Assembly: GCF_006345805.1 (NCBI RefSeq) | Contig: NC_042998.1 | Coordinates: 72,788,001 to 72,852,000 of the forward strand | Length of the DNA: 64,000 bases | DNA from: Octopus sinensis | Lineage: Eukaryota | Direction: 5' to 3' | Part shown: positions 1-14,600 of the stretch, piece after piece | Layout of the letters: each line of letters opens with the position of its first letter | Numbering within the stretch: position 1 is the stretch's first letter | Program-made: the position numbers and the translations under genes | Notes under the pieces: model-generated | The model's database searches: none | Seen by the model: the letters and a program-made list of their open reading frames with translations, nothing else | Told to the model about the DNA's origin: nothing

Positions 1-269
1 GAAACAAGGCCGACATCAAAAGAACTTGCACTAAAAGGAAATAATACACTTAAGAGTTTTTTTATGTTTTTATGGCTTGAAAAAAACGAAGAATGTTTTC
101 ACTGTTGAAAATGATTTCCGTAGAACTTAAAATGTTTTGCAAATGATGTATTTACGTTTAAAATATATTTTAATTTTCATTGTATCGTCTCTGTTTTCTC
201 TTCCTATACACACGCGCGCGCACACACATATAAACACACGCACACACACACGCGAACACACACATATAT

Positions 270-500
270 ATTTCTTTACTACCTACAAGGGGACAAACAC
301 AGAGGGGACAAACAATGACAGACAAACGGATTAAGTCGATTATATTGACCCCAGTGCGTAACTGGTACTTATTTAATCGACCCCTCAAGGATGAAAGGCA
401 AAGTTGACCTCGGCGGAATTTGAACTCAAAACGTAACGGCAGACGAAATTACGGCTACGCATTTCTCCCGGTGTGCTAACGTTTCTGCCAGCTCGCCGCC
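270..500 (-). mobile_element. tRNA-derived SINE (family A)
   Basis: Minus strand begins GGCGGCGAGCTGGCAGAAACGTTAGC (A-box-like) and has GAGTTCAAATTCC (B-box-like). A related plus-strand copy lies at ~37950-38150. Confidence 0.8.
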
Positions 501-537
501 TTCGTACAGACATATGTATGCATATGTACGTATATCG

Positions 538-929
538 CTCTTTACTTGTTTCAGTCATTTGACTGCGGCCATGCTGGAGTACCGCTTTTAGTCGAGCAAA
601 TCGACCCCGGGACTTATTTTTTGTAAGCCCAGTACTTATTCTATCGGTCTCTTTTGCCGAACCGCTAAGTGACGGGGACGTAATCACACCAGCATCGGTT
701 GTCAAGCAATGCTAGGGGGACAAACACAGACACACAAACACACTTACATATACATATATATACATATATACGACAGGCATCTTTCAGTTTCCGTCTACCA
801 AATCCACTCACAAGGCATTGGTCGGCCCGGGGCTATAGCAGAAGACACTTGCCCAAGATGCCACGCAGTGGGACTAAACCCGGAACCATGTGGTTGGTTA
901 ACAAGCTACTTACCACACAGCCACTCCTG
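538..929 (-). mobile_element. tRNA-derived SINE (family B)
   Basis: Minus head CAGGAGTGGCTGTGTGGTAAG...GGTTCCGGGTTTAGTCCC, with body GTGAGTGGATTTGGTAGACGGAAACTGAAAG. Homologous copies at ~7755-8255, ~31120-31400 and 31516-31890. Confidence 0.8.
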
Positions 930-1429
930 TAAGTATGTATGTATAAAATACGAATATGAACCAATAATTATCAGCAGTTTTTTCTATCCTATCGTTATAT
1001 GTCTTGCCCTTCTGTCCACTATATTGTATGCTTTAAATTCAATAATAATTCATTTGGCTCTGTTATGACGTTAGTTTTAGAATCACGGCTAATTACATAA
1101 CGCTAGCTACTTCACCTACTTCCAGTATACTTAGCAGATATATTTTACAAACTCGAATAATGTGGTCATCCGCATAGGTTGTATCTGAATGTTCGCTTCC
1201 TTTCTGATGATTTCAGAAATGTGAAATGATATTTGGATTTTTCGTACTCTTTGTAAACAATATGGAATGAAAAACTTGCTTGTTACTGCATTAACAGCTT
1301 CCAATATTGAACGATAAATCATTTTATAACCTCGGAAAATGGATGACTAAATATTCGGCTTTGGAATAAACATTATATAATTATGCAACATTAAATGTAA
1401 ATACGACTGCAACTTAGAGAGGTTTTCAT

Positions 1430-2400
1430 TTTAGACCTGAAACGTAATAACTAGAGAGGTGAAACAATGTCGAATGTGTATGATCCCAGCTACTTTTTCT
1501 TCCATTAAAAAACAGTAGAACATTGTAAAGAAGTACTGCGCCACCACTCTCGGACATGAGATTTCAATTCTAATCGATAATAGGTTCACACTTTCTATTT
1601 TCTGCTTACTAACTTTCAATTAAAGAGATTTTTTATATATTTTTTCAAAAGAATTTTCATCTGTAATCCCAAAGATAATCGACTTCTAAGAATTGTAAGA
1701 TGTTATCATGAAAGATGCATCATATTGCCTTCCAGAGAAGTTTCTCATATAATATATGGTTTTCCTATAAACAATACAGAACAATTTATACTACTTAATG
1801 TAACTATATTGGTATTTAGGAGATCTTCGATAATATGTCAACATGATGAATGAATGGAAAATAACAAGTCGATTACTATTAGGGCGGACAATTGCAATAA
1901 TGCGATGGTTAATATAAATATCAGAAATCGTAAAACTAGTGAAGATACTTCAACAGGCAATTTACCAAATCATGGAAAAATGATATATTGTCAGCCATTT
2001 ATAGATAAATCATGCTTAACTAGCATTTAAACTCTCCTCCAATGCAAAACTCAAAATTAAATGTAAATTGAATCTACAGTTATATTATCACTGAGATTTA
2101 ATGACAATTTTCCGATTTGATATATATTTGTGATATATTTTTTTCTTTCCTTCCTAAATGATTAAGATGCGTAGATTCAATTTATCAAAATATATTACCT
2201 GTATTTAACCGACCAAAATTGTAGGATAGAGATGTCCAGTAAGTAAAACAACAAATGAAGGTAGAAACTCATATAACATGAGTAAACTTATTCTCATAAG
2301 TGTAAGGTGAGAGAAACCATAATACTAATAATCACAGGAATCTTCACGAAACCGTTCAGAAGTTCCACCCCATTACAGTTTATAGAAATTGGACTTTGTA
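1430..2400 (-). pseudogene. Possible heavily decayed 7TM receptor (LGR/GRL101-like) relic
   Basis: Hand translation gives VEVSSLVL..RIIAIVRP (TM3-like), FSGRQYDASF (TM5 entry) and EISCPRVVAQYFFTMFYCFL (TM6-like) in the expected order, with many stops and frameshifts. Similarity is weak and judged by eye. Confidence 0.25.
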
Positions 2401-3402
2401 ACTGCGCAATATTCGATCGATCCTATTTCTTTCAGACAGTTTCTGCAATGTATACTTAGCTTTCTGATAAACATAATGCATCCCGCTGTATATTTTTTAT
2501 ACCCAAGTCATACATCACTCTTGCTGAATTTTATCGCAAAGGACTAACATCAGAATGTCTCAGTAAAACTTTAATTAGGGGATTTAATAACATAGACCTT
2601 TCAGGAATTGTTTCGAACCAAATATAAGAATAAAGATATTATTATAAATTTTAAATTAAGTTAGAATTAAATATCATTAATCGGCAATGTGCTCCTTTTA
2701 AAATATATATGATGAAACAAGACTGAATAGATCAAAAAGACAACTTTAGGTCCTTCAATGAACAAATATTATGAACACAGTAATTGTGTCTCTCTCTGTG
2801 TTCGTAGAGACTGCTTAGCTTAGAGATTTCGATCAACCGCTTCACTGTGTCTCTATTTTCAATATCTTTATATGTACACTTACCATTTCTGAGATGCGTC
2901 GTCTATAAGTCTACTGCTAAGTAAACGTAATTTATATCAACATTGTGAAATATCGCGTGTTAAATTACGTGTCAAAAAGATAAACCGCTTTCTGCAATTA
3001 ATATAACAAATGTCAAAGAAGTGAATTTTAAAGGTTGACCTATGAAGGAATAAGTGAAGCGAAGATACAAATACATTAATACAAGATTTCAGGCTATATC
3101 CATTCAATTGTATATTTACTTATAAAGAATCATCGTTGCTATTTTAAAGTTTCTTGTGGATATGTCCAAGAGTAAACATTGTGCTTAATCTGCGAATTTA
3201 TTTTTCTACATTTCCACGACACACAGCGTTATATTTGCTATTACTTCATTAATTCCAAACACGCCTTGTGATTTTATTATTTCTTGCTTCGGTTCACTTT
3301 CACCAACATAGGTAACATCATTGTGACATTCATTCTAAATGTCAGAATGTGCAATAATATATTTGTGTAAAAAAAGTAAGCACTGAATGCATTTCTCTTA
3401 TC

Positions 3403-3447
<45 letters not shown>
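3403..3447. repeat. (TTA)n microsatellite
   Basis: Direct reading. Confidence 0.95.
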
Positions 3448-3469
3448 TCGGTTTGGATTAGTCTTGGTA

Positions 3470-3975
3470 GGATTTATGTGGGTAGCGGTATACCACCCAA
3501 AATTTGACATAGAAAGGTTATGTATACAACGAGAAAACTGTTATGCCATACCCATCATAGGACTACAGAAATATCTAAGTCAGAACTAAGGAAAGCTGTT
3601 TACAAATAGCCACAAAAGAAGCCAAAAAATACAAGGAATTCACAGTATAGAGAAAAAAAAACATGAAGGTGTATAAAGCAATAGAAATCTAACCTTAAGT
3701 TGCAACTACAAAACACAATAATAAAACGGTGAGGAGAAAAACACCTTCATGACTAATACTGGAATATGCTAAACAGAAAGAAATAGACGAAGTTAAATCC
3801 CAACAGCGGCAGAGAAGTTTTGATTTCAAAGCGGTGCTTGAAGGGATTTTATTTGCGACACAAGATCAAAACATCTCCAGAAACCACCAAAAACACATAA
3901 TGAAAAATAAAAACTTCAATAACTGTAGAATATGTGGTGATGGGAAAGAAACAACACTTCATATTGCTTCTAGCA
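3470..3975 (+). mobile_element. Degenerate R4/Dong-like retrotransposon fragment
   Basis: Nucleotide similarity to 13910-14480 (caccccaaaat-tgacatagaaag; CRICGDG zinc-finger region). Confidence 0.7.
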
Positions 3976-6900
3976 CCAGAAGTTGGAGAGATGAGAGAAG
4001 ATAGCATTGACCGATCGAGCGCAAGATATTAAATTGTACTGAGAGATGGCCGTCTACTCTTACCACAGAGCATGTGCCAGTGTGCATTGCTGCAATCCTG
4101 CCACTGAAAGCGGGTTCAAAATCGGTTGCTATTAAGGTTGCTGCCAATTAGCGATGGTCGAGCCTATCGAAAGCTTTAAAATAATCCAAAATTATCAGAG
4201 ACACACTATTACTAGATTTGATATTCATTCCCTCTATGGTGTAATGCATTTGGTGGACATTGTTCTCGTTGAGTCTATTGAGTTTCTCCGACTAAAACAT
4301 CCATGAAAATCGCCGAAAGCATTGCCAACACCTTAGCCAAAATTTATAACTCTGTACTTAGTGGGGTTATGAGTCAGAAACAGCTTTGGTATTTAAACAT
4401 AACACTCATGCAACCAAACCATCCAAACCGGGTGATTTACCCTTCTGCATCCACTCAATACTGTCCATATCTCAGTTGCTGTTATAGGCCTTTCACAATG
4501 CCTTGTTTCTTCTTCCAACCACTGTGGAATAATAATAATGATATCTTATTGATCAAAAATATCTGCAATTAACACTTTGTATATTACAGTATACGGGACA
4601 GTGGTGGTTTATATAAACTCGAGTAAACAATTTTAAAACCATGAATTAATAAGAAAATTATAGCAAATTTCCCCAATCATGTTGATACATTACCAAGCGA
4701 CCATTAAGGAACGCTGCAGGTACCGATAACCATAAGAATTGTTGTAAATATTCGTCTCTTTCCCGTACTTTTCCCTTGTAAGGGCATGCGTAGACCAAAC
4801 ACATTCACCTGAGCCGTTCTCGCTAGAATTAAAGAAATTTGAATTTCTAATAACGATGTCCCAGGCTCTGTAGCCTATCTAGGCCGACCATACAAAGCAT
4901 GAAATCGTTGCTGTGTCACTGATAAATTTCAAAAGCCTAGGCTCACCCACTGGCATACTCTGTCTAGATACGATTCCGATGCTGTTTGCTCGTGTCCACA
5001 TTCGCGCATTATGGAATTCATATACACACCATTCAGCCTCTCGGAAACTACTAAATAGGTTTACGATGCTTTTATACCATCTTTTCGCTGAGCTAAATTC
5101 CCACGATCCAGACCTGCATCCAATTTGGCGTCCCAGTCGCCTACTAGCTTTAAAGAGCGAAATGTCCCCGATGAAATTTCCAGACGCAGGAAAAGATCTT
5201 GCTGTTCGTTACAATACGTATTGGTGCGGTGAGAATGATACATTCATCTTCCGGTAACGAAATCCCTGCCTACGAAGCTTCGATCGACTATTTCATACGA
5301 TAAACTTATGGTCTGCCTGAGCCGAAAACTTTTAATTATGGAGAAACTAAGTTATCATTATCTAGAGTATTTTATCTAGATACTACCTGGATTGCACTAT
5401 CTCATCACTATATTAGAAGATTCGGGAACTTCAATGAGTCCCTGACTTGTTTGGAATGTCTCATCACTTTTGTGAATAACTTTCAGGTTCGAGTCCCATC
5501 GGTTAGTACAGCACAATCTGTGAACGCTCTTCAAATTTTCCAAGATTGTGGCACATTGACAGGAATACATTTTGATGGTGCGTAGGCAGCTACATGTTAG
5601 AAGATATGGTGTTCGCTTCTGGTCAGGTAGTTTAGAATTATCTCTGGATTCAGGAAGAAGGTACACTTCTCTTCCTTCCAATTTTGGTTGGCTTGGAAAA
5701 TCGTTTTCCTGGGAGCTTCTGAATAGGCGTGAAGACTTACGGTTTTCTTATAACCTCCATATCGCCATCTAGTGACCGAAGGTAGATGAGATGAAAACAT
5801 CAGTTCCCATACCAGGATTGTATGTATATACAGTACCCGTTTTGAATAACCCAATGTTAGATCACGGGAGGAAAATAAAAGAAGGTCACTTACCCCTTTC
5901 CTACATAATTACCTATATTTCCAGTGGGTATTGTAGGTAATTTTTCCCAGGTATATATTTGGAAATTATTTTGTTTAACCTCCATCGTAAAGCTTTTAAC
6001 CCATCGAGGTATTTTGTTTTTCGCAATACGTGTCCTCTGTTGCTTGTAGGATTTGCATGTATCTAGATTTATTATTGGTTGACGCGATGTAGGTTCATAA
6101 TGTCTGGATGTTGATGTTTGTAGCCTTTTACTTTTTAATTTCTGTGTTCACATTGCCAACGCTGTTATATTTTCAAGTCTTCTCTTTTCAAATTTGTGCT
6201 TCATGCGCCCACAATTTATCCTTAGTTTACTGTTTGGATTGTTGTCATCTTCGTCACAGGATATGACTGAGTTACCTAAAGCGAGTAATTTTATGTTTTA
6301 TGTTGTGCTCGGGTTGCTTATGCTGTTCTGGTTCATGTTGTTATTGTGTTTTTTTTTTTCGTATTTCATTAAGTATTTTTGCTTCTGACGCTGCTGTTGC
6401 TTTGTTGCTACTGATTTACTTCTGGCGGCTGATGATGATTTTACTGTAGGAACTTTAATTGTTATTGCTGATTCTTTGTATCCACCCTGCACCGCCTTCA
6501 CCTACTTCCATCTAACGGCATTGCTTTCCTCATGATTCATGACACTCATACTAATATACCCAAACACATTATTTTCCTTCACATTGACCAAGTGTTCAAG
6601 TGTCATATTCACCGCGAGTTTGTCACGAATTGTACCACTTTTATTCAGCGATGTTTTAAAGAGTCTAAGATTGATTGCTCTGGGAACGCCTGAAGTGTAC
6701 TTCAAACGTTTTTGACTAGGGAATTTTCCCGAAATTTATACGAAGCGTGGGAACAACTGACATCAGCAAAATGCCGATATCATTTGAATCGGAAATCAAT
6801 GGTTTAGTATTCGAGTGGAATTTGCTATATTTTCAATTCACCTCTTCTCAATGGCTGAATTTATGTACAAGCTATATTAACTCAGTGTTTTCTTATCAGG

Positions 6901-7500
6901 TAATGCTAAGATTGAGCAGACTAATTGCTGTCCATGTAGTAGACACTATATTTTTTGTGATTCTTCTTGCTATTGTATTTGTAATATTTTCTCCTGATGT
7001 TGCCCGTTTGTTGCTGCTAATGAATATAACGACAGCTGTAATTGTTATTATTGTAACTGTTTTTCCGACCCAGTTTGACCACTTGAGTGTTATGCTATTC
7101 ACGACAATATCCTTCCTTCTAATTTTTAGTCTTTAGTTTTCCATGCCTTTGGTTTTGCTGTTATAGTTGTAATATTTCCACATTGCATTCAATTTTAAAT
7201 TTGTTTTTATCACTATACTGTGTCATTTCTTTGAATATCTCATGTTGCCTTCGTCGTCTTTATTTAAGGCCCAGCGTGTTAATATATGCAAGAAGCTAAT
7301 CTATTGCTTATGTATCCATATTGTTGTGTACACGTATAGTGAATGCTGTTCTGTTGTAATTCACCGTTGCCATCTTCCTAGATTTTTTTTATGTTATGTA
7401 TTTTCACAGAATGAGATTTCTGTTGTGTTCACTAATTTAAAAAAATGTCTTGTGTTTTCTATCCCGTGACGAAGATGACAACAATCCAAATAGTAAACTA
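3960..7500 (-). mobile_element. Old, decayed Tx1-clade LINE (ORF1, APE and RT remnants)
   Basis: Minus-strand remnants LDYFKAFDRLDH, GHLSVQFNILRS, KSPGLDG, ILAKVLA, LVGDWDAKLD and SYLDRV match ORF2 of the element at 19118-24983. ORF1-like remnants at ~6300-7500. Confidence 0.7.
5400..5850 (-). mobile_element. Second LINE RT fragment nested in the old Tx1 copy
   Basis: FPSQPKLEGREVYLLPESRDNSKLPDQKRTPYLL resembles the RT N-terminal block (FP..W..G.V.LLPK...YRPI.LL). It lies upstream of the APE remnant, so it is out of order for the host element. Confidence 0.45.
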
Positions 7501-7754
7501 GCTTTCTTTTGCGTGTTCTGCTCTCCATCACCACCTGAATTTGCTTGTTTTGTTGGAAGTAGAAAAGTAATTGGGGATATTGCGAAGAACTGCAGATGAA
7601 ATCATTACGTTGAATTCCAGTAAATATTACGCCATAACTTTTACGATAGGGGGCTTCAGTCCTCTATTTTCCATGCATTCTCGAATGTTCCCTCCACTCT
7701 AGTTTCGTCTCTCTTTTGTTTTACGTTTACCTGTTCTCTGTTATTGTTTTAATC

Positions 7755-8044
7755 ACTGAGCTGTAGCCATGATAGGACACGGAATTCAAAGTTTTGGTCG
7801 AACAAATCAACCCCAATCGTAATATATATTTTTAACGTCTGGTACTCATTCTATCGGTCGCTTCTTGTCGAACCATAGAGTTAGGAGACAGAGGCAATAC
7901 AACCAATTCAACGATGGTTGTCAAGCTTTCACAACACACAAACACAATGACACACACACTCTCAGACACGCGTGTGTGCTCTCACAAACACGCATGGGCA
8001 CACACATATATACCTGTACATACACACACTCACACACACACACA

Positions 8045-8082
<38 letters not shown>

Positions 8083-8255
8083 TATATATATATATATATA
8101 AGAACATAAACGACAGGATTCTTCCAGTTTCCGTCTACTAAATCCACTCACAACTCACAATGCAGCCTGAAAACAATTGCCCAAGGTACAATAGAGTGGG
8201 ATTGAACACGGAATCCTCAGGATGGGAAGTAATTGTCTTACTACACATACGCCTA
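7755..8255 (-). mobile_element. Degenerate SINE family B copy with internal (CA)n/(TA)n
   Basis: ggtactcattctatcggtc and cagtttccgtctactaaatccactcaca match 538-929. Confidence 0.7.
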
Positions 8256-8779
8256 TGATGGAAGAACACTTAACACGTACAATCTTTAACAGTCACTCAA
8301 TTGCATACTTTCTCCTCCATGTAGTATAACAAACAGTGATTCATAAATTTCAGTTATTTTCATTTTAACTTAGTATGAGGTATTCTAGACTTCTTGTTTT
8401 GTATGTATATGCATTTAACTGTCCCACTAGTGTTAATCTAATTTGTGTTATTGAAGCCACCATGACACACGTTCAAACTCTCATATTTTCGTTCGCCTCA
8501 TTTGTACTCTCAGGTATATGTTGTGTTCATGGGGCATTTTTCCACGTTGGCTAATGTTAGAAAATTACTCGCCAATACACTAACGTTTGTGCGTGGTGCT
8601 GTTGTTGGTGGTGTCGTTGCTCCCCATAGCTTAATGGGTTTCTTGGTCATTGACTGGAGGGGAGAATATACTGTTTTACATGAATTATTAAATTTCTATT
8701 CAGAAAGTTTACAGTCGACGAGTAAGTCTTCGTCGTCGTGCACACATTAATTTCAATACTGATTAATAGCTGCAATGTT

Positions 8780-8940
8780 CCTTTCCAAGTAAACTGACAA
8801 CAGACGGATAAAATCAGACTGTAAATGTAACAGCAAGTGACTTCTCCTGAAAATGGACAACATTTTGCATCTTGGTGTTATCAAATACATGCAGAAAGAA
8901 GAACTTAGCCGTCAAGACATTCATGCTGACATGGTTGCGA
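8780..8940 (+). mobile_element. mariner 5' fragment
   Basis: MDNILHLGVIKYMQKEELSRQDIHADMV resembles a mariner transposase N-terminus and is homologous to ~47455-47540. Confidence 0.6.
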
Positions 8941-11494
8941 AACAGATGTTGCTGTATTTCGGGATGGTCTCTTTTTTCTTGCCATTTAAACACACAGACA
9001 CACTACATTCGTTCTTTACTCCTTTATTGCTGTTCTTATTTTAACTCGTGTCCATTGTCCAGAAATCTTCCGTCACACATTTGTAACCCCTTCATCGACA
9101 ATTTCCGCCCCCGTGTATGCCCCTGTTCCACTTAGTGCATTCTCTTCTGAAAAAAAAAATCATTCGATCCAAAGGAATAGCAATTTAAATCTGTTCGTTT
9201 GTCGATCGAATATAACCAGAAATAATATCGCTGCCTCAACACAGCTTAGATCTTTCGTACGGAATTTTATACAAAAGCAAAATATGCCACGAAAGGATGA
9301 AAACCAAATCGACTGCGAAAAGATGAAAACCAAAATCTATCTCAGCGGCAAATGAACTCAGAGCGAAAACGGACGAAATGCTGTTAAGCATTTGACCGAC
9401 ATTCAAACAATTCTTCCAGACGGCCGCCCAATTATTAGTAGCATATTGCTTCGTAAAAGTGAATTACGTTTTAATAAACTGCCATAATTCTACCAATTCC
9501 TTTCAGAGATTTATCAATTTTTAGCTGGCTGTAAAGGTAGGAAATGCTTTTATCATAGCCATATAAAATATGAATTTAAGAATCATTTTAAATGAAAAGA
9601 TTCTTAGGACCACAGATGTGCTGACTTGGTATTAATAAATTTATAAAGTACCAATTCATATAAATACATTAGATTTACATCACGTTATTATGCACATATG
9701 ACGTACGTTATAATGTACGTGTGATGCACGTAACTTAGATGCGCGTCATGAAGGGCATATTCAATATTATACACATGTATATGGCATTATGCTTGAAAGA
9801 ATAATATAAGGTTGCAACAACAGAAACGCATTATATCACGGGTCTTCCTCATCATAGCTGACACCGGGCAAACCAATAAAAAGGGCAACTAAGTGTTTAT
9901 GTTAATATCAATGAGAATCAATAGTGATGTGACCTATGACCAGAAGTATTACACAAACTATATGTTCAAAGATGAAATTTCATTTGCTGCGTCAGATGTA
10001 CCCCATTTAGGTGATTATTTTCTGATTCATAAATATGAAGGTAATTATACGAATGTTTTAAAATTATTAGCTCGTTTTAAATAGAAACCGTGTGAGTTAT
10101 ACACAAAAACGAAATCAACAACACAGAGTTGTTAAACTGTGATTATTCTAAATTGCTAAGACCTACATGAAATTGATTTAAATACCTGTAAATTTTAAAA
10201 TACAAATAGTAGCAACGTGAACGTGAAATTGAGGGTAAGGTCATATTCTACGTTGTGCATCTATTACAACGATTATTCTTTCATGATATTTTCTAACTGA
10301 AATAATTTTGCTATCAGTGAGTGGAATTATGATACCAATAATTCTGTCAATATCACTACATCTTTATGTTTATGACATCAAGGAGTAAAAGTAGAGTATT
10401 CTCCCTTATTTCTGTCGACGTACTTTCAAAGCTATTGAATTTAAAGTTTTGTGGGGAAACTGATAAGCAAGACGTGCCAAAGTAAAGTGGGAAGATTGCT
10501 ATCGTTTTATTAAATTGAGTTCAGTGATGAAAATGGTCGGCTGATTACTGTCTATGTACCGATCACTCTTTGCTTTTTCACTAGACTATATATTGATAAA
10601 TACATCAGGAGATGTTATATATTAGTAAATTAAATTAATGGACTTGTGCAAAGTCAATAAAAACCTAGCGATGCTTCACAATGGATAAGATACACTCACC
10701 TGCAATTCACTATTATTTGAAAGATTTGACAATTCGATCGGCGCAATTTCCTTTCTAGACGCTTTCGAACGGCACGATTCATAAATCAATGAATTCTATG
10801 ATTTTGTGGAAATCTATTTATTTTTAACTATGGAAATGAAGGTAAGAGAGAAAATAATAGAGGTAATTTTCTCTATACAATTACGCATTAAGATTTTATG
10901 ATGCTGACGTTTATGGTGCTCCTCTTACTATTGTTGTCATTCTTACAATTTCAAATATTGCTTTGATTTTATATTTATTTACGCCTTGGCCACTGATTTT
11001 TCTTTTTGTTGATATCAGCTGAAAGAGTTGGCAATGATCTTGATTCACGATGTGTTTATTTAGTTTTAAGCGTTAACGTTGTTATTTCTATTGTACTTTC
11101 ATCGTATTCATTTATCAGTCACTTCAATTTTCTCCTCATTTTCAACGTTTAATGATATGAGTAAACGTCAAAATAGATTAGTAAAATCGATTCAAATTTT
11201 TTTTCTTTTAAATTTTCAGGTCTTTCACTTATTAGCTATGGCAGAGTGTCAACAACATGCATTAAAAAGCAACGAATGTTTAAAAAATTGCGTTCGTGTT
11301 TAGAAACGTACGGATGGATACTTCTCCTTGGGCCTGTCACTATATATCATCTCACTTAAGTACATACGCGTCCAGAAAAACAAAATGAAATGGTTTATAT
11401 CTTGATTTATGTATGAATTATTTACTATAAAGTTTCAAGCGTTTCTTATAAAAACAAAGTACAATTTCATTTCAATGTTTCTCGCTTGTTACCG

Positions 11495-11612
<118 letters not shown>

Positions 11613-14600
11613 TGTACTCATGTCCCGCAAATAAAACCCAAAAGACGTAAATGCACACGTGAGGAATACATTTCTATCTTACACGCATACTTCACAGCAG
11701 TACTCTACCCAAAAAATGAAAATACAACAACACATACATATAAAATATGGAAGGAAAATAATAGATATATAGACATGGATACAGCAATGAACCCTAATAA
11801 ATTAGCTAACGTACGAAGATACATTCTCAACACAAAAAAAAATATCAGAAATAGAAATAGAACACCTAAAAGAAAACATACACCAGGAAAATGTAGATAG
11901 AAGCCACACAACAATGCCCAATAATATAAACACTGAAACTGTAAAACACGAAGACAAACGCAACATTCCCAACAAACACGATGTAAACAACGAAGGGGAG
12001 CCTAATGATTATGATAATATAAAAAATAAAATAATCAACGAACTGAAAACCACAGAGCTCAAAATGGACCACCGACCATACCTCCCAAGAATCAAAATAA
12101 ACGAAATAACAACACCTATTATAAACAGCATAAATCTAGCCGTCACTGAACTGATAGCCACTGAATAAAAAAAAAGTGATATCACTGAGCTAAATAATCT
12201 AATATACGCAGCAGCCACTGCAGCCACAAAGGAAGCTGGATACTCACCCAAACCCGCCCAAACAGGAGTACCACCACCCAAACAAACCCTGTGGATAAAT
12301 AACATCCAAAGTAAAATAAAAAAAATTAGAAAAGACCTGTCGATTCTTAATGAAATCAGCAAACAATCAACGCTACTGAGCAACAAAAAGAGAACAAAAA
12401 TACTCCGCAAATATAACATCACAGAGAAAGATTTGCCTGAGATAAAAGAAAAGCTGAAGCAAGATATCCTTGCCAAAGCACAAAGGATCCGCCGGTACAA
12501 GAAACGCCAACGCTTCTTTGAAGAAAACAAAAAGTTCAACTCCAACCCCAAAAAGTTCTACCAAGAACTGGGCAAAAATAAAATAGAAGTCACTGCAGCA
12601 CCAACGGCAGAAGAATTGGAAGAATTCTGGAGAGAAATATGGTCGGCGAACGAACAACCAAAAAATAGGAGTATCAAAATAACAAACTCGGCATCTGAAC
12701 AACTTTGGACCCCCATAACAACTGAAGAGGTCACCCAGGCACTGCAAAGACTAAGCAACTGGAAGGCACCTGGGCATGACAAGATCCCCAACTTCTGGTT
12801 GAAATATCTAACAGGAATGCACAAAAAGCTGGCTGAACACTTTAACAACGTACTAGCAGAGCCAGAGACAATGTCTGAATGGCTCACGAAGGGGAAAAAC
12901 CATCTTAATTCCCAAATCAAATGAAACAGCAAAACCAGAAAACTACAGACCAATAACCTGCCTCCCTACTATGTTCAATGCATTTACTGCAGTGATATCA
13001 CAAAGGCTGAACAAGCACCTGGACGAAAACAAACTGTTCCCAGAAGAGCAGAAAGGATGCCGCAAAGGCTCATATGGCTGTAAAGATCAACTAATGAATA
13101 ATAAAGCCATAACTGAAGACAGCCACAGAAAGAAGTATGGCCTGGATTGACTACAAAGAGGCGTTTGATAGCATCCCCCACACATGGATCCTCGAAACAC
13201 TAGCCATTAACAAAGTAGCACCAACAATCATAAAATTCATAGAGCACTCTATGAATAAATGGCAAACAGTCCTACACCTCCAAACAAAAGAGGGACTCAT
13301 GAAAACCAAAGACATCCCCATTAGAAGAGGAATATTCCAGGGAGACACGCTCTCTACACTCCTTTTCTGCTTGGCACTGTCACCTCTATCTGATATGCTA
13401 AATAGAACTGGATGCGGATATAAATGTTACGGCAAAGCGATCAGCCACCTTTTATATATGGATGACCTAAAACTATACGCTGCAAATGACAAACAGCTGG
13501 AAACACTATTAAAGACAGTTCATGGATTTACCAAAGAAATAGATATGAAATTTGGATTAGAAAAATGCACCAAAGTAACCCTGAAAAGAGGAAACCTAGT
13601 TAAGAGTAACAACATCACACTAGATAAAACCAATGAAATAAAAGAATTAGACCAAAGCCAAACTTACAAATACTTAGGAATCCATGAACTAGATAAGACA
13701 CAACACACACAAATGAAAGAGAAAATAAAAAAAAATATTATAGACGAGTTAGATCAATACTAAACACAGAGCTCAATGCTAAAAACAAGATAATAGGTAT
13801 CAACACTTTAGCTGTCCCAGTTATAAGTTACAGCTACAATATCCTTAACTGGACACGAAATGAACTGACCAAAATAGATAGGAAAACAAGAAAAATAATG
13901 ACAGGATCGAGGATGCATCACCCAAAATCTGACATAGAAAGACTATATATACAACGTATAGGAGGTGGTAGAGGCCTTATACAGCTGGAAAACTACTATA
14001 AAATAACCACCATAGGACTGCAAAAATATCTACTTCAGAAGGAAGGAAAACTGATCCAGATAGCGGCAAAACACGAGCAAAACAAAAAAACTGTTCTCAG
14101 TATTTAAGGAAGCCGACAAATACAAACAAGAAATCATACCACCTAATAAACATGAAGAAGAAGAAGAATATGAAGAAACAACAAAAGCTATAAAACAAAT
14201 GAAATCCAAACTAAAAATAGAACAGCAACGAACCATGATAAAACGATGGCAAGAAAAGCCCCTTCATGGTAAATACTGGACTAAACTAAACGCAAAAGAA
14301 ATAGACAAGGAAAAATCCCAGCAATGGTTGAGAAGCTCAGGACTCTAAGCAGAAACAGAGGGATTTTTAATTGCAGCACAAGACCAAAGCCTCCCCACCA
14401 GAAATTACCAAAAACATGTAATGAAAAGAAATATTACAAGTAACTGCAGAATATGTGGAGATGGACAAGAAACAATAAATCATATTAACTCTAGCTGCCC
14501 AGTCCTGGCTAAGAAGGAATATATTCACAGACATGACAGAGTTGGAACCTACATACATTGGAAGCTATGCCAACATTATGGAATAACAACAGAAAAAAGA

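Noticed and set aside
4303-4572. Plus-strand ORF superficially like an RT segment
   Set aside because: The real RT motifs (KSPGLDG, ILAKVLA) are on the minus strand.
10895-11030. Short hydrophobic frame (YGAPLTIVVILTISNIALILYLF) as a receptor exon
   Set aside because: Short, stop-bounded, with no clear splice sites; expected by chance in T-rich DNA.
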